A stretch of 64,000 nucleotides of DNA from Rebecca billardiae RCC1528 (taxonomy: Eukaryota; Protista; Haptophyta), in the NCBI GenBank assembly GCA_965240325.2, contig OZ251231.1, positions 124,001 through 188,000 of the forward strand, read 5' to 3'. Position numbers and translations under genes: made by a program. The notes beneath the pieces were generated by a model. The model searched no databases. It saw only the letters and a list, made by a program, of their open reading frames with translations, and was not told where the DNA came from. Positions 55,398 through 64,000 of the stretch are shown piece after piece (position 1 is the first letter of the stretch; each line of letters starts with the position of its first letter).

Positions 55398-58300
55398 ACT
55401 GCACCGAGGTCGACACAATCTCGAATAAAATGGTGTCGTACGTCGATGTGCTTGGTGCGCTTATGATGAATGCTGTTCTTTGAGAGATCAATCGCCCCCT
55501 TGTTGTCCTCGTGGATCACAATGGGAGTCTTTGGAATGTTGAGGATATCGCTGATGATGTCGCGTAGGTAAACTGCCTCTTTGGCTCCTTCCGCGAGTGC
55601 GACATATTCGGCCTCACAGGATGAAAGGGTTGTGATTGACTGCTTGAAGGTGCGCCACGATACTGGGCCGCCAGCATGGAAGTAGATATAGCTTCCGGTC
55701 GAGCGGCGATCTTTTGTATCGTTGGCCCAGTCCGAGTCCACAAACATCTCCGTTCGTGGCTGAGTAGTAGCCGTTGATGTGAAAGTGATGCCGGAATTCT
55801 TTGTCCCGGCCAAGTACCTGAGCACTCGCTTGGCACCTTTAAGGTCGTTCGAGCTTGGGCTTGCCATGTGCCTTGCCAACATATTGACTGCGTAGCTGAT
55901 GTCGGGTCGGCAGGTGTTCATGATGAATAGTAGCGCTCCGACAATTGCTCGGTAGGTCTTTGATTCCTCCGGCGAGCACGATGATGAGTCGTCTGTCTCG
56001 ACTGCTGTCGGATGCTCTGCTGCCGATCTGCACGGGTTGTCGTCGGGCGTAATGTCGCTCATGTCGTGCTTCTTGAGGAGATCGGTGATGTACTGTGACA
56101 TGGAGATAGTCGTCGACTTGGGCCCCTGGGCGATACTCATGCCCAGGAAAGTCGTTGCTGGTCCCAGATCCCGGAGGGTGAATTCTTTTCGAATTTCTCC
56201 GATAATCGAGCTGGGTCTTGCGCTGTCGGGGGGGCTGCTCAGAATAAGCAGGTCGTCCACGTACACTGCGATGACGTCGATGATGTCTCCTGAGGTGCGG
56301 ACGAAGATGCACTCCGACTGTGTGAGTTTCTTGAATCCTTTCTCTCGCAGTTTCTGGCTGAGGCGGATGTGCCATCGTCTGCCGCTCTGCTTAAATCCTG
56401 GAAGGGCCATATCCCAGTCAGCCGCGACCACGTGTCCCTCGGGTGGCTTGAGGGCACACGGGTACAGCGGGGGTAGCGTATTGTAGATCTTCAGGCCGTC
56501 CTCCAATGGGGCTTGGAGGTACGCCGTACTCACGTCTGCGGAGTGGATGATCCAAGGTCTTTCTGGTGTTCGTAGCTCCGTCGTCAGTGCCAATAGGAGG
56601 CGTACGTTCTCGTACCGGATAGTAGGCGAGAACACCTCGTCGTAATTGACTCCTTGAATCTGGCGGAAGCCTTGACCCACCAATCTTGCCTTGTACCTTT
56701 CGATGGTACCATCTGGATTGGCTTTGACCTTGAAGACCAGCTTCGATGGGATAATTGCTTTCCCTTTGGGAACAATGACGGGCGTGAATGTGCCCAGCCT
56801 GTCGTGGGCCTCGTATTCTTCCATGATAGCCCTTGTCCAATCGGATGCTTGCTTGCTCTCCATCGCTTCCTTGAACGATGTAGGTACCGGGATATCTGAT
56901 GCGAGCTGCGCGAGCTGCGCGCGCGCGCGCGCGCGCCGCGTCGGCGGGAAGTATGACTTGCCAGTCATGTTGCGAGTCCGCTGTGGGCGGCGATCGGCGG
57001 AGGGAGGAGGCTGCTTTGGCTGCGGTGGCGTATTGCTCTGTGATGGTCCGCCTCCAGCTCCGGGGCCGTCTCCATCACCGTCGTCGCCGTTGCCATCATC
57101 TCCCTTCTCGTCGTCGTCGGGTTTGTCCCTGTCGTCCTCGTCGTCATCGTCGTCTGATTTCTCGTCCGGCGATGGTGGATCGTCTCCTCCGCGCTCGGAG
57201 CCGCTGTCGGCGTCACTGCTGCTGCTGGCAAACTCTTCGTCGCCCTCCTCGTTGGTGTTGCTGTCACGGGTCTTACCAGCATCTGCACCTTGAGGAGGTC
57301 GCCGAGCGCTCCACGCCAGCAGGGGGTCCCGAATTTCGCGGATCTCCTTGAAATGCGTAGAGATTCGATCCAAAATGACTTGCTCGTTGAACTTGACGTG
57401 CCGAGTGATGACGATTTTCCCGTCGTCGGCACTCAAAACGATGTATCCGTGCGATCGCTTGATGGTGCCTCGCTCGAAGATACCGTCAAATCCGTATCCC
57501 AGTAAGATGCCCTCCCGCGCGCGCGGGAGTAGCTTGTTCTGCTTGTTGATCGACTGTACGAGGTAGATGCAGGGCGAGCCCCAGACTCTCAGCTTTTGCA
57601 GGAAGGGCCCGGGCGAGGTGCCAAACATCAACTCGTGCGGTGAAACCAGCTTGCCATCGCTGGTAGGATGCTTGCTCATCAGGTTGCGTTGCGCGGCAGC
57701 GCACTTGGCTGCCCAATACCACCATTTGTGGTGTACGCCTGAGAGGTACAGCATTGTCCTCGCGTCATTCATGATGACTCCGAGGCCACGTTCGGCGACG
57801 CCGTTCAGCTGCTGCGTGTGGGGGGGCGACATGTAGTTGCATAGCATGTCGTACCTGCGAAGGACTCGGTTCCAATTCTTTGAATGTAACTCTCGGCCTC
57901 CGTCGAGGTGAATGGTGCATCCGGCGATGCCCTTGTTCTGCATGGTGGCGGATAGAGAGTTGGCTCCCATCTCGCTGGCCATGAGGTCGAGCTTCTCCGG
58001 CGCTTCAGCCTTGTTTTGCATGTCGTAGAAGCGCATGTATCCGGAAAAATCATCGATGAATAGAGTTCCCCACCTTGGAGTCTTTGCGGGCAGCCCGTTG
58101 ATGGGCCCGATGACATCGTTGTGGAGCATCTCGAGCGGTCGAGTTGTTCTCTCACGTGTGCCCGGGAACGGCTTGGCCTTGAACTTGGCAACGTCGGAGG
58201 GCTGGTACGTGCAGGGCGATGCCTCCGACATCTTGTCGTTCGCGCGGTAGGTTGCGCGTACACGCTTGATATCGGCATATCCTAGTCTGGATTGCCAGAG

Positions 58301-61300
58301 CGTGATCTTCCGCCCGTTCTTGATCGGGTCGACGTCTGGTGGCACGTCGTCCGCGGTGGCCGGCATGGCTGTCTCGGCCTTGGGTACGACTGCCTTGAAT
58401 CCGACCGTGTTGTCGGGGCGCAAATGAACCCTCTTGGGGCCGATGCGGATGTATGGTCGTTCGTCGAACACCACAGCCATTCCGACCGCGGCGAACGCGT
58501 TGACTGAAAAGAGAGTAGTATCGAGATCTTCGACTCCGACGACGTTTTCCAGGCACACCGGCACGGTTGTGTCTGAGTCGGCGTCGAGTAAGTATACGTA
58601 CATGTCGCCTGCCTTGGATGCGTGTAGCTCAATGTCGCGCTTGGCGACCTTGACAGACATGCTGATCGGGTGAGCATTGTGTAGCAGGCTGAGGTTGATA
58701 TCGACAAATGATTGGGACGCGCCCGAGTCCAGATACGCGTATTGCGTCGGCTCGAGATCTGCGTCATCGGGCTCCGGGTCGATGTCCTCGTCTTGCACCA
58801 TCTGGGCCCGTGGCCTCCCCGCCCGCTTTTGGGGCGGAGGTACTTTGATGAACTTGCTGTCGCGCCCGCCGGGCTTGGCGGGCAGCCTGAAGTTGCCCTG
58901 CCTTGGTGCGCCGGGCGGCCTGGGTGGCCGCAAGTCTGGATGTAGCTTCCAGCACCGCTCTGCGGTGTGATTGCGCAGCCCGCAGTGCGAGCACGTGACG
59001 GCTGGTTGTCGGCGGTCCGCCTCCTCAGTATTGAGAGCGTGCGCGGGACCGCCCCGCTTGGGGTCACGTTGCGTTGCCTGTCGTCCCTTGGGCGACTGAG
59101 TCCAACGCCTGTATGCGTCCTCGATCTGGGCGGTGAGCTGTTCGGTCTGCGCCACGCATTGCTGGGGCGACATTGAACCGTAAATAGAGATGACGGTCGA
59201 GTAGACCTCTGGGTGCTCGTGCATCCCGTTGTACAACTTGAAAACGAGGAGTGTGGCGTCGTCTAGCTCTCGATAGCGTGATGCGCGTACCATCTCCACC
59301 GTTTGCTTGATCATCTCGGGGCCGCTCACCGGGGTCGGTCGGTCCGGGTAGAGCTTCTTGAACTCAGCTCGGAGCTCCGACATGGTCGATACGTTCAGCT
59401 CGTGCTCGAAGATTTCGAGCAGAGTATGTAAATTCAGGAAATTCTCATTTGGGTTCACGATGTGCCGTTTCGACTCGAGGTACGAAAAGAGACTCGGCAG
59501 CATCATGTCCTTGATACGCTTGAAAAGTACTTCCACCGATCGCTCGTAGACGATCGTCATCTGCATGATGGTGGTGTCCGCGTCCATGTTTGCGAATGCG
59601 GTTGCGTACGGTTCCCGAATAGCATTTTCGGCTGTCCACACGGCGGCCTCGGCCAGCGCGTATCCGGAGAGCCTGGCCTCGACGAGGGTGACCATGGACG
59701 ACGTAGTGTCGGTCGCTCTTCCCTTGAAGGAAGCCTTGACCTCGGTGACTGCGTCCTTGATCGCTCCGTGGATAGCCATTTTCGATTTGATTGTGAAGAA
59801 ATTCAGCTTGTAGCTTCCGACGCCAGGCTGGCTTGTCTGCACAGCCATCATTGCATGTGCGTCGGGCAAGTAGGTGATGCAAGCGTCGCCTCCATTTCTG
59901 CGCGTTCGTGGTGACGCGTCGAGCGAGCTTGTCTCAATGTGGTCCTCTGCTGTGGCATAGCTGCCCATGTCCGACGATGTAGAAGACTCGTCCCCATCGC
60001 TGCTCTGCTGTGCGCTGTTGTCGTCACCAGTCGTGGCAGGTGGGTAGTTTGTGACACCACCAGGTGGGCCGTCGTCAGCCGGCGAGTGTCCCTCGCTCGC
60101 TTCAGAAGTCAGCCCATAGAACTCTTTGTGCAGGAAGCATGCGACACCTGGCTGTAGGAGTGCGTCATTACAATGGAACATGAGATCGAACTTGCTTTGG
60201 TGAAGCTCGTCCCTCTCCCGCACATAGTCTCCAACTGTGTAGTTGTGACCTTGCCGCTCTGCGGCTGCTGCGATGAAGCCTCCCGAGTAGATAGTGCATC
60301 GTTTGGATGGCCGCCAAGGGCAAATATCATCGAGGCTGGCGCCTGCGTCGTTCACGACGCTCAGGCTGCGGCGATCAGCCGCTGCGACGGGTCCGTCCTG
60401 CCGGTGGAAGTGAATGCCATCATCATCGATGTCAATCCCGTCGTTCATCGCTGCAAACTGGATAATCTGCTCACATTCGAGCTGATGCTGAACTTGGATG
60501 GCGTCTGCGCATCGGTAGCTGCAGACTCTGCCCATCCCACAGATGATGCATTCGAGGGTGCAATGCATCGATGTGCACGACTGATTGTCGCATGGCTGGC
60601 GCGACTTCGGATCATCGTCGTCAATCTCACTCCACTGGCTGCAGTAGATGCCGTTGCCCATGTTCTTGCGCGCCGGGATCTCCGGGATGATGCAATCGAA
60701 GGTCTCGCCTACACCATACCAACTGCTGACAGCCAGGAGGGGGTAAGTGCACAGGTATGAGGACATGCGATGCTTGTCGCGCGCAGCGTGTTCCCATGCT
60801 GCCTTGTTGCAGCACAAGATGGATTGGGGCCGGTCAGTCGAGTCGCTGCACATACCTCCAATGGTGAAGATGTCGTCTCCGATGTCCATCGGATCCTGGT
60901 AGACGAGTCCGTTGATGTCGATGGCCGCATCCTTGAGCACGCTGAGGACATCATTGAGGCTCAACGCGTCCGGCGGCGGGGTCGAGCCGCGCGCGAGGTC
61001 GTCAAGCTGCGGCGCGAACTCCTCGAACGGCTCCGACCGCTCATCGCCAGGGATCTGGCCCGGGTCGAAGGGGTAGTGGCTGTGCGGCTCCTTGAAGTCG
61101 GTCACGACGCTGATGGTCGGGAGGTCGCCCGCCATCGCGTCCGCCTCCGGCGCTGCGACGCTGCTGCCTCCATGCTGGTCGTGTCCAGTCGCAGTCGGCG
61201 ACGCCGAGTCCGGGGATTCCGTCTGTGTCGTAGCGTCGCGATGCAGCGACTGCGACGACGGCGAGTCGTCCTTCTGCGAGGACGGGGGCACTCGCCATTG

Positions 61301-61939
61301 CTCAGGGAGCACGACGGGCTGCTTGTAGTCCCAGCCCAGCGTGCCGGAGGGCCGCGGGCCGTTTGGGTACTTGTCGTGCGCCGACGATCGCTCCTGCGCG
61401 CTGGGGATCGTCATGGGTTCAGTTGCGCGCGCGCCGGTGCGCGGCGCGGCGCGCTCGGCCTCGCTGTGTTGCGAGGGATGGTATCGGTGGCCCCGCGAGT
61501 GGGGCGGGTGCCAGTGCGCATGCGCGGAGTTGGATGGCCTTGTGCTCTCCGCGAACCACGTCCCGTCGTAGGGTACGAGGTTGTCGTCGCTCCGCCGGTG
61601 GTGCTTGTACTCGGTCGGTGCGTGATGCCGGCCGCCGCCGTTGCCTTGGCGACTGGGGCCTTGCTCGCCACGCGGGTAGTGTCCGTCGTGGCGGTCGCGG
61701 TTCTCGATGGAGCTGCGACTGTCCTCGTAGAAAGTACGCGGGCTCCCGCCCTGGTCGTACCATCGCGAGGATGGGAACTCGATGTCTTCCTTGCGGCCGG
61801 TGTCGTTCCGTGCCGATCCGGCGTTGTCGCCGAAGTCGATGTCGAGGAGCATGGGTCTCCCGTGGTGGCGGAGCCGTTCGTTGCGGGTCCGCTTGCGCTG
61901 ATTGTAGGATCGGACGACGTTGTGCACCCGTGAGCTCAT
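55398..61939 (-). CDS. Copia element 2 polyprotein (long N-terminal extension-Gag-PR-IN-RT-RH), RNase H interrupted
   Basis: CSHCGLRNHTAERC; YLDSGAS; LHNDVIG, IHLDGG, LNGVAER; RYKARLV, YVDDLL; FVDSDWA, SSCEAEY, EDNKGAI, KHIDVRHHFIRD. Confidence 0.92.
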
Positions 61940-62494
61940 GATTGGCGCTTCGCGCGTGTCGTGCGGTCCTTACTGTGTTTCGTGGGGCGAAGGGGCGTCC
62001 CCCTTGCTGATGAGTGATGGTTTCAGGTAACTGATGTTTCAGTCTGGTGAAAGCTGATGGAAGTGGCATCGAAGATTTTGGAATCTTCGTGTGCCTGCTT
62101 CCCTCGGTCGGAATGCTCTCGGAATTCCGTTGATTGCCTTCGGGTCATTGCACGAAAGCTTCCTGTGATGATCGGGACGTCTCCTCGAAATGAAAAGAAA
62201 GTTCTGATGACTGCATGGTAGTCTCTGGTCCAGTTCAGGGTACCTTCCCAAGTGGTGAAGAATCCCTGGACCCTTGGATGTGTAGTCCGAAGACCTCATG
62301 TGTGTGCCGATGCTCCTTATCTTTGGAGTAGTAACTTGCATGAACAATGGCTGCTGTTGGCCTTGCTCTTGAATGGTGAAACCGATTGAATTGCATGATG
62401 AAAGTCTGTAGCTTGGCGGCTGAAATTGCTCAGCGCCTTGGAATTAAAGTCTCGAGCTGGGGAATGGCGCCGATGGCTGCCTTGGACTTTGACA
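61939..62494 (-). repeat. 5' LTR of copia element 2
   Basis: Identical to 53666-54221; flanked by TSD ATCTA. Confidence 0.95.
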
Positions 62495-63481
62495 ATCTAT
62501 TTACGTAATAAGCGCTATATAGTACTCATATCGGCTGCTGCCATCTCAATCTGGCCGAGCGCACTCAGCGCTGAAACGCGCACCCGGCCTGAACACGGCC
62601 CAGCCCGTCGGACCCGAGATCGACCATACCCATCCGGCTACTCGATCGCGGCGCTACTATAGCTAAGTACTCTGTCTGAGCCGAGGCAGTAGTGCATGCG
62701 CTCCGCCGCGTGGCTGCCGGCGCAGCGCAAGTAGCGCCAGTAGTTGCGCGGGACTGGTAAACGGGCGCCCGGCCACGGCGGCGGCACCGGACCGCTCACC
62801 GGCGCGGACGGCGGGCCGGCGCAGTCTCCGCCGCCGCCGGCAACGTGAACGGCATCGCGGCGCGGTCGCTGCTGCGTCAGTATGCTGTCGCGCCTCGCGG
62901 CACGGGAATGGGCGGCTCAGTGATGAGTAGCAGTCTGCTATATTAGTTAATTATAAATGCTGATGACGACGACTACCTTGCATAGTATCACTAGTCATAG
63001 TCACTAGTCATGGCGCGACTCAGCGGCAGCACCATTCTTATTCCGAGGACCCTGCTGCTACAGTACTTCTCGGAGTTCTCGGTCATCCTTCCCGCGGAGC
63101 GCCGCCACAGCCAGCGTTGACTGACCGGCACTGAGCGACGAATATTAGCAGGCATCCTCAGACTGTACCACGCGGCCGAGTACCTGTCCGCAGTCCACTA
63201 CTTTATCCGCCTGACCGGCGGCCCCGGGACAGCCGCGCGTCAGCAATGACAGCATGATCATTGTCAACAAGTAGTGATATCAAGTCATCAGCATGTGATC
63301 CATAGCTAGAGTCGCGATCGTGGTCGGCATGGCGGCCTGCTGAGTGCAGAGTGGCCTGTGCTGACGTGATGATGGCGCTGACGCGAATATCATCAGCTGT
63401 CAGCATATATTTATGATCTGACAGACGCACATGCGCGTGGCTGAATCAAGTGTCGGCGCGCCGCGAGCATCTGCATTGCGC

Positions 63482-64000
63482 TCAGCCGAAGTGCAGCTGG
63501 CGGCTGCGAGGATTCGGTGCCTGCTGATGACGACGAGCATGCGCCTGCCGTGGCACCTCGCCATAGCAGGCATCGTCCGTCGCACAGGAGCAATTGCAGG
63601 CGAGGGTGTCGTACAGCTGCTGCTGCCGATTGGACGCACATGGCTGATGGCGGTAAGCCGACGAGCCGCTCGGCAGCGCGCCGAGCTCGATCGCTGGCGA
63701 CGTGGACGGCCACTGCCACTGGCCGAGAGGCGCAAGAGGGCGGCGGCGCCGGGCGTCCATCGTTGCCGCGCACTCGACGATGCCGAGTGCAGCGGGCGAG
63801 GACGCGCTGCTGCTCATGTGCGAGCACACGAGCGTCTCGCCGCCGAGCGCGTGGAGCGTGGGCTTGAAGCGCAGGACAGCGAAGCCTCGCGCTTCGAGCA
63901 TGCGAGTCCGCCAGCACGTCGCGCCATTCGCGTGCGTCGCGCCGGTAAGCGGCTCGGTGAGTAGCCGTTCCGGCCCAGAGTCCACCTCGACCACGAGATT
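63482..64000 (-). CDS. 3' end of a RAP-domain gene or pseudogene continuing beyond the window
   Basis: LVVEVDSGPE...GATCWRTRMLEARGFAVLR resembles a RAP domain; the downstream tail looks degenerate. Confidence 0.5.
   Translation of the reverse strand, partial: NLVVEVDSGPERLLTEPLTGATHANGATCWRTRMLEARGFAVLRFKPTLHALGGETLVCSHMSSSASSPAALGIVECAATMDARRRRPLAPLGQWQWPSTSPAIELGALPSGSSAYRHQPCASNRQQQLYDTLACNCSCATDDACYGEVPRQAHARRHQQAPNPRSRQLHFG

Larger units (their letters stand above)
53666..62494 (-). mobile_element. Full-length Ty1/copia LTR retrotransposon (element 2) with a nested insertion
   Basis: Identical 556-bp LTRs (TGTCAA...AATCA on the minus strand); TSD ATCTA (53661-53665 and 62495-62499); PPT GAGGGGGCG at 54222-54230; order Gag-PR-IN-RT-RH. 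Confidence 0.97.

Overview
Very GC-rich, compact eukaryotic nuclear DNA. It has spliceosomal GT-AG introns full of (GC)n runs, and proteins with mitochondrial or signal-plus-transit presequences. This fits an alga with a complex plastid, most plausibly a haptophyte (inference). About 22 host genes or gene fragments are supportable: RidA, GT47 exostosin-like, HemA, DUF6817-like, AMP-binding enzyme, a coiled-coil protein, RCC1-repeat, two RAP-domain genes, YtqB/MnmM methyltransferase, an extensin-like membrane protein, OTU protease, Vma12/TMEM199, GalE, a secreted flavin amine oxidase, CimA, a LeuC-LeuD fusion, a Ser/Thr kinase, an OGFr-domain protein and several hypotheticals. Many are arranged as tight head-to-head pairs. 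There are two full-length Ty1/copia LTR retrotransposons with identical LTRs and 5-bp TSDs (28401-35551 +, 53666-62494 -), a degenerate hAT-like MITE and a long (TA)n tract. Highlights: (1) bacterial-type citramalate synthase and fused isopropylmalate isomerase form a divergent pair 270 bp apart, both apparently mitochondrial, and the LeuC-LeuD linker looks like a second presequence. (2) Copia 1 has a correctly phased -1 slippery site after the protease and TG...TA LTR ends. (3) Both copia elements lack the integrase HHCC motif and a TGG primer-binding site. (4) Copia 2 has a ~690-aa N-terminal extension with a MYND-like finger, and a 1051-bp ORF-bearing unclassified insertion splits its RNase H. 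All calls come from reading motifs by eye; no searches were run.
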